A stretch of DNA of 64,000 nucleotides from Squalus acanthias (GCA_030390025.1 CM059432.1:70992001-71056000), one strand, 5' to 3'; shown: positions 49,552 through 63,149, counted from the first letter of the stretch. Notes: generated by a model from the sequence alone, not told the origin. Made by a program: numbers and translations.

Positions 49552-52500
49552 TAGAATCATAGAATCACAAAATGGTTACAGCACGGAAGGAGGCCATTTG
49601 GCCCATCGAGCCCGTGCCAGCTCTCTGGAAGAGCACTTCAGCTAGTTCCACTCCCCGCCCTTTCCCCGTAGCCCTGAAATTTTTTTTCCTCCAGGTACTT
49701 ATCCAATTCCCTTTTGAAAGCCACGATTGAGTTTGCCTCCACCACCCTTTCAGGCAGTGCATTCCAGATCCTAACCACTCGCTGCGTAAAAAAGTTTTTC
49801 CTTATGTCGCCTTTGGTTCTTCTGCCAATCACCTTAAATCTGTGTCCTCTGGTTCTCGACTCTTCCACCAATGGGAACAGTTTCTCTCCATCTACCCTGT
49901 CCAGACCCCTCATGATTTTGAATACCTCTATCAAATCTCCTCTCAACCTTGTCTGCTCTAAGGAGAACAACCCCGGTTTCTCTAGTCTATCGACATAACT
50001 GAAGTCCCTCATCCCTGGAATCATTCTCGTAAATCTTTTCTGTACCCTCTCTAAGGCCTTCACATCCTTCCTAAAGTGTGGTGCCCAGAATTGGACACAA
50101 TACTCCAGTTGAGGCCGAACCAGTGTTTTATAAAGGTTCATCATAACTTCCTTGCTTTTGTACTCTATGGGCTAGTAATTGGGTGCCTTTGTGCCTCCCG
50201 TTAGCGCCCCCGGGGGGTGCTAACAGGTCGCAAATGGTTTTGCTACCGGGTGCGGCACTGACATCGACTCCCGCCATATTCGACAGGAGTTTTGCGGTGT
50301 CGCTACGGCGTTGTGCCCGATCTCCTTCGCCCGGATATCGTGACATCATCGCCATGCACACCGCCCCGGTAGTACCCTGGACCCGAAATTGACTTCCGCC
50401 CCCTGCAACCTCACTGGTCGATAACACTGACAGCTGCAGGAGGCGTGCATTGGGCGGCCAGCCACTTCGGGGGCGATGATTAAAGGCGAGGTGGCCGAGG
50501 TAAGTAAAAAATTTCCTGTTGAAGTTTTTTCCCGGGTTCCTGTCCACGATCGATCAGCCCCCCACTCTGCTTGAGTGCTGGGCTGATCGCGTGGGATCGC
50601 GGCTGCCTTGGTGGTCCAGGTAGATAATTTTTCTATTGCAGAGCCTGCAGCGATGGCCCTTCCCTTTAAGTGATGGGAAGGAGCCTTTGAACGCAGCAGC
50701 GCTGCACGGCCCAGTGTGCAACGCTGCTGAAGTCTCCGCCCCGCCTGCTGCCGATTGCGCTCCAAGAAGGAAGTGGAGCGTTTGATTTAGCACTCCACTT
50801 CCCTCTTGGGGTGCTAAAACTCAATTTTGCAGTCGCCGGTGCTAATGTTACCGCCCAGGCGATGTCAGCGCCCCAAAATGGTCGATACCGAATTTTTCCC
50901 CTTATGCCTCTATTTATGAAGCCCAGGATCACTTATGCTCTTTTAACCGCTTTCTCAACATGCCCTGCCACCTTCAACGATTTATGCACACATACCCCCA
51001 GGCCTCTCTGTTCCTGCACCCCCTTTAGGATTGTACCCTTTAGTTTATATCGCCTCTCCTCATTCTTCCTACCAAAATGTATCTCTTCGCATTTTCTGCA
51101 TTAAATTTCATCTGCCACATGTCCGCCCATTTCACCAGCCTATCTATGTCTTCTTGAAGTCTATCACTATCCTCCTCACTGTTCACTATACTTCCAAGTT
51201 TTGTGTCATCTGCAAATTTTGAAATTGTGCCCTGTACACCCAAGTCCAAGAAAAGCAGAGGTCCTAGTACCGACCCCTGGGGAACACCACTGTATACCTT
51301 CCTCCAGTCCAAAAAACAACTGTTCACCACTACTGTCTGTTTCCTGTCACTTAGCCAATTTCGTATCCATGCTGCCACTGTCCCTTTTAATCCATGGGCT
51401 TCAACTTTGCTGGCAAGCCTATTATGTGGCACTTTATCAAATGCCTTTTGGAAGTCTATGTACACCACGTCAACCGCATTGCCCTCATCAACCCTCTCTG
51501 TTACCTCATCAAAAAACTTGATGAAGTTAGTTAAATATGATTTGCCTTTAACAAATCCATGCTGGATTTCCTTAATTAATCCACACTTGTCCAAGTGATC
51601 TTTGTCCCTGATTATTGTTTCTAAAAGCTTCCCCACTGCCGAGTTAAACTGACTGGCCTATAGTTGTTGGGTTTATCCTTACACCCTTTTTTGAACAAGG
51701 GTGTAACAATTGCAATTCTCCAGTCCTCGGACACCACCCCCGTATCTAAGGAGGCTTGGAAGATTATAGCCAGTAACTCCGCGATTTCCTCCTTAACTTC
51801 CATCAGCATCTTAGGATGCATCGCATCCGGCCCTGGTGACTTATCAACTTTAAGTACAGCCAGCCTTTCTAGTACCTCATCTTTATCAATTTTTATCTCA
51901 TCCAGTATCTCCACTACCTCCTTCTTCACTATGACTTTGGCAGCATCTTCTTCCTTGGTGAAGACAGCTGCAAAGTACTCATTTATTACCTCAGCCATGC
52001 CCTCTGCCTCCATGCGTAGGTCTCCTTTTTGGTCCCTTATTGTCCCCACCCCTCCTATTACTATCCATTTATTATTTATATGCCGATAGAAGACTTTCAA
52101 ATTCCCTTATTATGTTAGCTGTCAATCTATTCTCAAACTCTCTCTTTGCCCCTCTTATTTTCTTTTTCACTTCCCCTCTGAACTTTCTATATTCAGCCTG
52201 ATTATCACTTGTATTCTCAACCTGGCATCTGTCATATGCGTTCTTTTTCTGCTTCATCTTACTCTCTATCTCTTTCGTCATCCAGGGAGCTCTGGCCTTA
52301 GTTGCCCTTCCCTTCTCCCTCGTGGGAATGTACCTCGACTGTACCCGAACCATCTCCTCTTTAAAGACAGCCCATTGTTCAATTACAGCTTTGCCTGCCA
52401 ATCTTTGATTTCAATTTACCTGGGCCCGATCCGTTCTCAACCCACTGAAATTTGCCTTCCTCCAATTAAGTATTTTTACTCTAGATTGCTCCCTGTCCTT

Positions 52501-52860
52501 TTCCATAGCTAATCTAAACCTTATGATACTTTGATCACTGTTCCCTAAATATTCCCCTACTGACACTTGCTCCACTTGACCCACCTCGTTCCAGAACCAA
52601 ATCCAGCAATGCCTCCTTCCTCGTTGGGCCGGAAATGTACTGATCAAGAAAGTTCTCCTAAACACACTTCAACAATTCTTCCCCCTCGCTGCCCTTTACA
52701 CTATTACTATCCCAGACCATATAAGGATAATTGAAGTCCCCCATTATCACTACTCTATAGTTCTTGCACTTCTCTGTAATTTCCTTGCAAATTTGCTTCC
52801 CTATATCTTTCCCACTAGTTGGTGGCCTATAGAATACACCTTGTAGTGTAATGGCATCTC
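49552..52860 (-). mobile_element. CR1 LINE, decayed ORF2, interrupted by a MITE
   Basis: GDFN, APWMTKEI, KSPGPD, DFQKAFDKVPH, FADDTKL, YKTLVRPQLEYCVQFW; ATTCTATG tail. Confidence 0.92.
50169..50902. mobile_element. Harbinger-type MITE with TAT TSD
   Basis: TAT at 50166-50168 and 50903-50905; removing the element restores CR1 TACTCTATGCCTCTATT; termini GGGCTAGTAATT / AATTTTTCCCCT. Confidence 0.88.
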
Positions 52861-54014
52861 TCCACTTGCCTGGATGAGTGCAGTACCAACAACACTCAAG
52901 AAGCTCGACACCATCCAGGACAAAGCAGCCCGCTTGATTGACACCCTATCCACCACCTTAAACATTCACTCCCTCCACCACTGGTGCACCGTGGCTGCAG
53001 TGTGTACCATCTACAAGATGCACTGCAGCAACTTGGCAATGTTTCTTCAGCAACACCTCCCAAACCCGCAAACTCTACCGCTTAGAAGGACATGGACTGC
53101 AGGCACATGGGAACACCATCACCTCCAAGTTCCCCTCCAAGTTACACACCATCCTGACTTGGAAATATATTGGGCTGTATATTCCGATCCCTACGGGTGT
53201 GTATGGGCTGTGTACATACCCATAGGGACATCGGAAATGCCAGTTTCAGGCATGTGAAGCACATACGCTGAAAACCGATATTTCCGATCTGTCAAGAATG
53301 CTCTTGACAGATCAAATGCATGTGCAGGAAAGGCAGTCCTACCGGCTCATAGTTCCGATTATTTCTCAAATGCTTTAGTCCAGGTACGTCCGAAACAGCT
53401 GCGACTAGTAAAAGCAAGCGTACAGCCTGCATTCTACCAGAAGAAGCTGCAGGAAGAAGAAGTCTTTCAGCAGGGGGCTTGGAAACAGAACATTTTTAAC
53501 TGTGAAAGTGAGCAAAGTTCTTTGTAGAAAGCCTGAGGTAAGTTTTTAACAACTTTAATTTGTTAAAAACTTTATTGGTTTTGGATCTTGTTTTGAGGAG
53601 TTTAGTTAATTTAAAGAGCAACTCTCGCTGTGTGCAAGGTAAGCATTCTATTGAATTAGATTTCATTTTCTTAAATGTGAAAATGACTGTTTAAAAATGA
53701 ATTATTTAACATTTACTAATATTTTAAATAATTATGCCAGAAAATATGAATTAGTTATATGTTAACTTTTCTATTCCCTTTAAAAATTGTATGTATGACT
53801 TTGTGAAAATGTTAAAGTTCTTAGAAAATCATCTCGGGCCGTGATATTCATCAGGTGGGTATGATGTGTGCCCGATCCGATACCGCACGTTTCCCACCAT
53901 AGCCCGACGTGAATTTCTAGCCACTCACTTTATTAAAATTACTTTTACAACTCTTTCCATCTTTTCCTTACAATTACTTCATCTGTTTAAAGAGGAAGCC
54001 TGTGAGGGAGAAAC

Positions 54015-56690
54015 ATGCCCTTTGACGATGTTGCCCTGATCCTCGGTGCAATTGTGGATCATAGAATCGAAAACGCCAGGGAACAACAAAGAAGACTGAG
54101 GAACCAGCACCGTCTCCTGATCAGGAGGAACTACTACCCACCCCAGAGAGTGTACAGGGAGAGGCTGTCATTTGAGATGTTGTCGGAGGAGCTGTGTGTG
54201 AGGAGGCTGCGCTTCAGTAAAGAGGCAATTGGCCGACTATGTGACATGTTAAAGGACGACCTTCAAACACGCTCGAAGACCCGCACTGCCTTGTCAGTGA
54301 ACATGAAGGTAACCACATGTAAGGGGTGACGTGTGGCTCTGTGCTTAGCCTGGGTGCTAGTGCGGGGTTAGGCCTTGTTGCCTGTTCTGGTCTCCAGCCA
54401 GCCTGGTAACACTAGACACCTGTGAGTGGTTCGACCCACTTGCCCTTACGGTTCTGACACTGGACTTAGGTGCGAGAGCAATAATGCAGAGAAAACTCAG
54501 GTAGACCCAGTTGAATAGTGCGAAATGGAAAATCTTTATTGCATATTATTCAAGATTACGAGATACATGTCATAAGCACAGATTAATGACAGTACAATCT
54601 TACACACAGTTATGAAACTAATTTTAGGGAAACGAGGAGCGCACGACACATCGTAAAAGGGGACACACATTATAATTATCCTTAAAACTTAAACCCTCCC
54701 CTATCAATACCTGTCCTAATCTAGATTTGTAGGATCGAGACTCATGCTCACCACTCGTGATAACTTGGAGGATTCTAAATCGATGTTCGGATGCTTTCGC
54801 CACCGCACCTGACCACTCACGTGTTGGTCAAGGGTCTCTGCGCCTCACTTGTTTACTCGTTTCTGCTCCGGCTAGTAGGCTGGACCGCCTGCGGCCATGA
54901 AGATCTGTGTTGGTTTTCAGAGTTCGGACACCCCTCAAAGAAGAGTCTTCCTGTGCCCTCACACCGGTTGCCGTGGCGATACGTATTGTCGTCTTCTTCT
55001 CTTCTCATCTCATCTCATCTCATCTCTCTCGGGCCTTCTGGTTCCAACACCGTTTACCGACTTCTCGGGATGGTGCGCCCGCCTCCAGGCCTCACAGCCC
55101 AGTTCTCCACAGATCTTCGCGGCAAGCCACGAGGTTGATCCTAGCGGATCAGAGTCCAGAGTCGTCAGGCAAGAGAATAAGAGTTCAGCAGCCTTCCAGC
55201 GAGTCAAAGCAGCAAGAGAAAGATGGACGGTTGTACTTTACAGTTATAGTGCTGTAATTCCTCTTTTCCCGCCCAATCTTAATGTCTATCTTTTGTCAGG
55301 TTTTTGGCGCTCAAACTTCTTGTATGGGGTGATCTCAGTCTTTAATGGCTTCCGGTGACACTTGTAACTGTCTGAGTACCCGTTAATATTTCTCCCATTG
55401 TGGAACCGGTTAGTAGTCTCCCTGGAGGGGTTTTGGGGCTTCCAAATGCTTGCTGTGAGTACCCACGAACGGCTCTCTCATCGTAGAGCCGTGGGGATTT
55501 TGCATATTAATGTCTTTGGATGGGTCCTTGATCGCTCAGTACAATAGCCCTTGTTTGCACCTGGGAGACCGATTCCAGTATTTATGTTTAAAATGCAAAC
55601 CCATCATGTCTTGTCATTAACTCAAATGTGCTGAGTCCTGTTCGATCTTGCTGAAATGTTTATTGAAACGCCATCTTGTCTGTCTACTGAAAGTTTCTGC
55701 CACGAGGCGTGGCGGCCATTTTACAGGCTGTTTGTGTCCGTTTTGAAACCTGACAGCATTCTGCTGAAATAAAGCTGTTTATACGAAACTTTATGTCTCC
55801 TTCTTATTTTTATAAAATCGTGATAATTTTGCGAATTCTACACACAGCATTGAACTTCTTTGCAAGTGGGTCATTTCAGGCAGGCACCGGTGACATTTCA
55901 AACATCTCCCAGAGTGCTGCGAGGGCCTGCATTCACCAGGTCACAGATGCCATTTTCCGTAGGACTTCAGAGTTCATAGACTTTGACTTGTCCATGTGTC
56001 ATCAAAAGGCGATGGCCCTTGCATTTTATAGCATTGCTGGATTCCCCAAAGTGATTGGGGCCGTCGCTGGAACCCATGTTGCATTGAAGGCACCACTGGA
56101 TGCACCTGTGACATACATCAACAGGAAGGGGTTTCATTCATTGACTGTCATGATAGTCTGTGATGCGCAACTCAGGATCCTAAACGTGAATGCAGATCAC
56201 CAGGGAAGTGCTCATGACTTCTTCGTCCTCTGTCACTCGGACTTATATGGCACCCTCAGCACATTGCCTCCAGGATCCGCATGGATATTGGGCGACAAGG
56301 GCTACCCGCTGAGACCATGGCTGATGACTCCCTACTGCAAGACCAATAATGAGGATCAGGAGAGATACAACCAGGCACACGTGTCAACACGGCAAGTGGT
56401 GGAGAGGACAATCGGGGTTCTGAAATCACGCTTCTGGTGACTGGACAGGTCAGGGGGGAACTTGCAGTATTCTCCTCTGAAAGTGTCAAGGATTGTGGTG
56501 GCCTGTTGTGCTTTGCATAACTTTGCCCTGCAGGAAGGACTGACCCTTAACACTGCAGAGGAGTTCAATGCTGAAATGGAGGACATGGACGATGCCAATG
56601 TGCCTGAGGCCAGGCCTGACACGGAGGAGCCAAATGCTGCCGAAAGCAAGGCTGCTCGGTAACTGCTAGTAGCCAACACCTTCATGAGGT
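54015..56690 (+). pseudogene. Harbinger transposase split by a solo LTR
   Basis: ...SVNMKVTT | LTR | [11 protein letters not shown]...; first catalytic Asp altered (GAVAGTH); TGA at 56438. Confidence 0.9.
54318..55842 (-). mobile_element. Solo LTR (1525 bp) of an LTR retrotransposon or endogenous retrovirus
   Basis: TGTA...TACA termini; CACA TSD (54314-54317, 55843-55846). On -: CCAAT/GC box at 55268-55277, TATAAC at 55243-55248, AATAAA at 54535-54540. Confidence 0.85.
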
Positions 56691-57205
56691 GATGATAGTC
56701 TCGCCTTTTCCCTCCCCCTCCCCCAGCAAGGCAAAGAAAGGAACACACACAATTTAAAGTGAAACAGTGAACTTTTATTGCAGCATCAAAGACTTTTGAG
56801 GTTCAGTTGTGATGTTCTTAGTTTTTAACTTTTAACTGTTAACTAGCTATTTTTGACTTTGCAAGCATTTGCAAAGATAATGTTTTTGATTAAAATTTGT
56901 AAACAGTTTAAAGTGACTTTTTTGGTGTCTTAGTGCAATAAAGACATTCAAGATGGAAACTAGCTATTTTCTAATTTTCAAACAGTAGCAAATAAAAAAG
57001 TTGACATTTTTCAAAGTGATTAGAGGCTGTACTTTTTAAACGAAACGGTTACATACACTTTCAGTCACAAATATATATTTCAATAAAAAAAGCAACGACA
57101 ACATTTAACATTTAAATAAAACGAAACATTAAAGAATTGAACGATTTGCCCCCTCGCATCTGTGCCTGAGGGTCAAAGGAGGTGGATTGTGCAAAAGGTG
57201 ACACC

Positions 57206-57780
57206 CTACTGTCTCCTGCGCTTTCCCCTTCCCCGTGACCGGAGCCCTCTGCTGCCAAGTGAAAGGCCCTTGTGTGCCATCTCTTGCCCTTCAGCAATTG
57301 CCTCGTGACAGGGTTGTTGCTGCTGCTGCTGAAAGGCAGCGTTTGCTTGCATCAGAATTGGTGGAGCTGCTGTCTCGTGGGCCTGCACTGTGTCTGCGCT
57401 GGGAGCAGGCAAGGGCGGTTCTGCGGGAGTCAAAGTAATGGCAGCAGAAACTGTTTTAAGCAACTGCAAGAGTTGAACAAGAGATTTGTTTATCTGACCA
57501 AGCGCCATAGTAACATCATTAATTGCCTGTCCGATAGAGGCAAGAGAGTCAACTTGCGGCATTGTTCTGCTGTCCATGGAATGGTGGAGTTCGCGCTGAC
57601 AGCCTGGGCAACTTCTGTCCAAGCTGTCATCTGTCCTTTGCGTGGCACCCTGGACTTCTCATTCCCAATGATCCGCAGGCGCTTCGCCTCAACCTCATTG
57701 AGAAGTGTGCTGATGTCATCGTCAGTGAAATTCTGAGCTCTCTTAATCAGGCGAATTGTGCTTCGGTCCTTCCATTTCAC
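57206..57780 (-). pseudogene. Harbinger Myb/SANT-like gene, internally deleted
   Basis: KRAQNFTDDDISTLLNEVEAKR...AWTEVAQAVSANS..WTAEQCRK, then an abrupt jump to the C-terminal region ending RGRGKRRRQ. Confidence 0.82.
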
Positions 57781-58744
57781 TTTGCTGATTCATTCAAATT
57801 AATGAAAATGTTTCCAGGGCTTTTAAAACTCTTTAAATTGCTTGAAATCTCTTTAAAACTATTTCAAACTACTTGAGTTTCTTCAAATCCATGTAAGTCT
57901 TTAAAAGTTTCTAAAATTTAAAATAAAAAAAAAACTATAAAGAAAGAACTTACCATTGAGATTCACAGCTATTTTCAGTGTTGATGGCCTCTGAAGAGTT
58001 TTTAAAAACAGGGGGCGTGGCCTATGCAAATATAAATTTTGACAGCTCTTGTGGGCGGGTCTCCCCTACGATCGAAGCTCTAGGCTCCGCGCACGCTGCG
58101 CTCCTGGGCAGCGTGACATCATACGCTGACCAGGAGTCCTCAGGATGAAAGCAGAAATATACGTGGGCCCAGAGCATTAAGGTCGGTGCGGATCTTTTTT
58201 GCAGATCGGGGGCTTCCGTCCGCGGGAAGCCTCCAAGCGGAAAATACGGCCCATTACCATTTCTTCATCGTCACTGGATCAACATCCTGGAACTCCATAC
58301 CTAACAGCACTATGGGAGTACCTTCACCACATGAACTGCAGCGGTTCAAGAATGCGACTCACTGTCACCTTCTCAAGGGCAATTAGGGATGTGCAATCAA
58401 AGCTGGCCTTGCCAGCGACGCCCACAACCCATGAATTAATTTTTTAAAACAGTGCCAGTGTCGTGAGGTAGGTGGGCACCGGAGATAGGCTTGTGGGTGT
58501 AAGCGTGCCCCATGCAAATGAGGTGCCTCCCCACTGACCCCATGATTTCTAGCTGGATCAGCACTGGAGGGCACCTGCGGGTGCGATCCTGGTGTAACCA
58601 CTGGGATCGCAGCCCATAGATTTTCAGGGCGTCTGTCATGTGCACAGTTTGCTGACTCAGGCTTGTGGCGGTAAACCCATTCTTTAAAATTTCACTGTGC
58701 CTGCTTTTTAACAGGGTTGGTTGTCCACAACCTGCGACTGACAG

Positions 58745-59590
58745 CGGAGCTAGAAATTGGGTTGCAGGACATTGTGATGCCATAATGCTCCAACCTCAGA
58801 GCTGGCCAAGGACCGCATTGTCTGTGGCTGCCAAGGTGACTGTGACTCTGAACTTTTGTGTGTCTGGCTCCTTCTAGGCTGCTGCTGGAGATATGAGCAA
58901 CATCTCACAGTTAGCATTACACTGCTGCATAAGGGAGGTCACTGAGGCTCTCTATACACAGCGAGACAGCTTCATCCCATTCCCTCTTGCCAGAGAGAAG
59001 CAGGTGGAGCGAGCAGAAGGGTTTGCTTGGATTGCAGGCTTGCCCATGTTGCAGGTTGCCATTGACTGCATGCACATTGCTTTGTGTGCATCGCATGTCA
59101 ACTCTGCCATTTTCTTGAACCAAAAGGGATTCCAATCCCTCAATGTGCAGCTGGTGTGCGACCACATGCAGCACGTCATGCAGGTCAATGCCCGGTATCC
59201 TGGCCATAGTCATGATTCATTCATTCTGTGGCAGTCATCTGTGCCAGCTGTATTTGAACCACCACGGCAAATCAAAGGGTGGCTACAGGGCGACAAGGGT
59301 TATTCCCTCATGACATGGCTCATGACTCCGGGTCCAGAACCGTGCAGTATTCAGCTGAGTGGGTATCAAGAATTGTGGTGGTAAGCTGCATGCTGCACAA
59401 CCCAGCCATTATGAGGGAGCAGCTTTGCCACTACCTAGCAAATGAGAAGCTCAGGAGCAGGAGCATGAGGAGGAGGAGGAACTGGAGGAGGAGGAAGAGG
59501 AGGAATAGGAAGAGGAGGAACAGGAAGAGGAAGGAAGGCTGCAATATAGACAGCCCTTTCTGCCTGCCTGCTACGTGATCAAATAATTAG
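58745..59590 (+). pseudogene. Degenerate Harbinger transposase
   Basis: [45 protein letters not shown]; stops and a deletion. Confidence 0.85.
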
Positions 59591-59779
59591 TGAGCGGTAC
59601 CAGTAACTCCAACCACAGCTCCCCATTCACCAACAGTTCCACACTCCTTACCTTTCCTCTTTCACTAACCATCACATCGTCCTCTTTCCCACAATGCAAA
59701 AATAAAAGCCAACACAAAAAACACATTCCAATCCAAATTTATAAATTAAATCATGACATAATGCATACAAAAATAAACT

Positions 59780-60795
59780 AATCACCCTTGTGCATTCTCT
59801 TGGTGCCTCTTCCGTGTGCCTTTTCCTCTCCTCGCGCTTCTACGATGTGCTACCCCAGTGGCTGCAGCATGGCTGGTGGCTGACCTTCAATTGAGAAGAC
59901 TGCAGATGGTCTTGAAGGGCGACCATGGGTAGCTCTAGGCCTAGAAGGCCCGGCTTCAGACTGCACCATCTTGGCATGGGCAGCAGCAGTCTGAGTTGGC
60001 TGACTGACAGGCATCAGCAAGGGCACTGGCAGAGTGCTGAGAGAAAGCAGCAGGTTCGTACTCCATGGAGCCACTGCTACTCGCCCCGGGTGGCACCTCA
60101 GCATCCTAGTAATCTGTTGGAGAACAGATTGCTGGAGTGCTGTGATGCCCTGGATACCCCTTTGAACACTAGTATCCAAAGCCATAATGGCAGCAATCTG
60201 AGCTTGCATGGGAGCAATCTAAGATTGCATGACAGCTGTCTTAGCTTCCACTGCAGCACTTAGACTTTTGCTGGAAACTGCTTGTGCTGCACTGGAAGCT
60301 GAGACATCGGCCATCAGACACTGCATGATGGTTGGTTCCACAGTTGTGCTGATGGAGGAAGACACCCGTTCCATGTTGGAAAAGGTGAGCTCCAAGCTCT
60401 GCGCAAAGCCCTGAGCCAAGTTGGTGCTGGACTCCTCCATGCTCCTTGACATTGAGCGCAGGCTTTCTGGCAAGATTTCCAGTGCACCAAGCATTTGGTT
60501 ATGTATACCAATCAACCTTCTTCTGTAGCCTGACCCATCGAAGTCCTCATCTGTGTCCTCTGCAGCAGAACTAGTGTGCGACCTGCTCTATCCTTTCCCC
60601 CCGCCCTGGCTCCTGCGCACTTGTGCCCGGTGACTCATCACGTGCATATCCCTCCTCTATCCTATCCTCTAAAGTACACGCATTCTCAGTATCTGAACTG
60701 GTGACTGTGAGATCAAATGATGGTGTATCTTCATCTTCACTTTGTTCTTCCCCTTCCTCCACTTCCTGGACAGATTCCAGTCTTGAGTATCTGAA
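59780..60795 (-). pseudogene. Degenerate Harbinger Myb-gene last exon
   Basis: Similar to 29620-30717 (TTTCAG acceptor, acidic run, QSVLQQI, AGPSRPR). Confidence 0.7.
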
Positions 60796-61049
60796 ATGAA
60801 AAAGGGACAAGGGTTGGGTTGTGGTGAGGAGAGAAGAGAAAGTAGGAAGTGCAAGGATTTGGGAGCAGGTGAGGGGTTAAAACCAGCGAAATTGACAGTG
60901 CATCGAGAAGCTGGCTCCAACTTGCTGACTTCTACATTTCACTGCGGCGTGTTAGGCTGCGTGTGAGAAACCCCCTCGGGAGAGGTGTGTTGCCACTTAG
61001 GATGCGTTAATTACTTAATTAGAGCGATAGTGACATGAGTTTTCTACTT

Positions 61050-61430
61050 TACTGACACTCCAGTGCAGTGCTGAGGGGGCGCTGCACTGTCGGAGGTGCC
61101 GTCTTTCAGATGAGATGTTAAACCGAGCCCCCGTCTGCTCTCTCAGGTGGACGTAAAAGATCCCATGGCACTATTTCGAAGAAGAGCAGGGGAGTTATCC
61201 CTGGTGTCCTGGCCAATATTTATCCCTCAACCAACATAACAAAAACAGATTATCTGGTCATTATCACATTGCTGTTTGTGGGAGCTTGCTGTGCGCAAAT
61301 TGGCTGCCGCGTTTCCCACATTACAACAGTGACTCCACTTCAAAAAGAAAGTACTTCATTGGCTGTAAAGCGCTTTGAGACGTCCGGTGGTTGTGAAAGA
61401 CGCTATATAAATGCAAGTCTTTCTTTCTTT
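61050..61430 (+). mobile_element. Deu-domain tRNA SINE, 5'-truncated
   Basis: Same family core and tail as 31617. Confidence 0.88.
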
Positions 61431-61659
61431 AACTTTGGGTCCACGATTTTCCTGGGCTTCCTGGAACTCGCCAGAAAAAGAAAGGTGAGAACACGACGGC
61501 AATTGAGGGGGCTGAAGCCATGCCAGGGTAATATGCCAATAAGTACTCAGTACTTTCCTGCTTGTGGGAAAGGGTTTTTCATAGCACTTGTGCTGAGAGG
61601 TTACTCTATGTACTTTGGAGGTTTCTTCAACACTTTGGAGATTTGGAGGTCTGATCAGA

Positions 61660-62850
61660 ATGGTCGTGGTGTTCTGCCTTATATTGGACCTTATATGAGG
61701 ACGAAGATGAACAACAGCAGCACCAGCACCAGCACCAGTAGCAGCAACAGCAGCACCAGCAGGACAAGCAACAGGTTGCTACTCACAGACCACAGGAGGG
61801 AGGGGAGCAGGAGGCCATACCTGGCACACAGGGTCTATAGACAGAGCATAAGCTCCCTCGACATATCTGAACATCAGTGTCTCAGGAGGCTCAGAGTGTC
61901 GCGTCAGATGGTGGCAGACATTTGCAGCCTGCTGGTACAAGACCTGCTGCCAACTGGACCTGGTGGCCACGCTTTACCAGTGCTTGTCAAAGTCACCACC
62001 AACCAGGGCTCTGAGGCTGGAGACATTTGTAGGATCTCACAGATGGTGGCACACAAATGCATAGGCCAGGGCTGCCAATTATGTCAACTTTGCCTGCGAT
62101 GACACCAGTCAGAATGAGCGGGTGATTGGGATTGCGGCTCTCGCTGGCTTCCCACAGGTGCAGGGTGTCATCGACTGCACACATGTGGCAGGTAAGGCAC
62201 CCCCGCATCACCCAGGAGCACTCGTCAACTGCAAAGGCTTCCACTCCATCAATGTGCAGCTGGTGTGCAACCACAAAAAGATCTTTATGCAGGTGTGGGC
62301 AAGATTCCTGGGCAGCTGCCATGATACTTTTGTCCTGTGGCAGTCCACCCTCCCTGATCTCTTCGCACCTGGAAACAGAGTTACCGGCTGGCAACTTGGA
62401 GACAAGGGATACCTACTTAAAACATGGCCTCTTAGAAACCCGAGGTATAAGGCCCAAGAGCGATACAATGAATGCCACATCACCACCAGATGTGTCATCG
62501 AACAAGCCATCAGCATGCTGAAGATGAACTTCAGGTGCCTGGACAGATCTAGAGGCACCCTTCAGTACGTATCAGCCAGGGTCTCCAGAATGGTCGTGGT
62601 GTGCTGTGCTCTGCACAACATTGCGCAACAGCAAGGTTTGGACCTGCAAGAGGAGCAAGGTGCAGAGCGCAGTGCCTCTTCAGACAGTTCCGAGGAGGAG
62701 GAGGAGGAGGTGGAGGAGGAGGAGGAGGAGGAAGACAAGGAGGCGGAAGGTGATGCGGCAATGCATCACCAGCAGCGCACATTACTGCCCGGGATGCCTG
62801 GGCCCCCTCATTATTGCGTGGTTCACTTAGGTTCCACCAGTGCACCCATC
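61660..62850 (+). pseudogene. Degenerate Harbinger transposase
   Basis: [47 protein letters not shown]; small deletions and frameshifts. Confidence 0.88.
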
Positions 62851-63149
62851 TAACAACCACATGCAAAAGCCACTTTTGCAGCCCCCCCTCTCCCCCCCAA
62901 TGCTGCTAACACAAAGCAGTCCTGAAAATAACCAACCATCCCTTTCACAGCCCCACATTAGTTGCTGTCAATTCATGTCTCCCATTCATCATTGTACAAC
63001 TGAAAAGGCCACTTGCCAGCCAGCAAACAAGAATGGGCAAGAAGGGAAAGTAGTGCAAAAGAATAATATTTATGTGCTTCAAATAGACAAAAGAAACTCA
63101 ACAAGAGAACAACATCACAATGTGCAACACACTCATGTGCATAACCTGG

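Larger units (their letters stand above)
53172..58252. mobile_element. PIF/Harbinger transposon (divergent family) with ATT TSD
   Basis: TIRs GGGCTGTATATTCCG / CGGAAAATACGGCCC; ATT at 53169-53171 and 58253-58255; convergent transposase and Myb genes. Confidence 0.92.
48366..58440 (+). mobile_element. APE-type non-LTR retrotransposon (clade not resolved) in three pieces: about 48366-49551, 52861-53171, 58256-58440
   Basis: KQQPDIVILTESYL, TTYRPP, VGDFNVHH, PWFNEE; then LKKLDTIQDKAARLI. 3' sequence is continuous across the Harbinger TSD; the RT domain is missing. Confidence 0.8.

Noticed and set aside
53836..53922. Tiny TIR-like insert inside the 53172 Harbinger
   Set aside because: Termini match only weakly and no TSD is evident.
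54791..55358. Plus-strand ORFs within the LTR as accessory viral genes
   Set aside because: Antisense to the inferred LTR orientation, overlapping in three frames, and without recognisable motifs.
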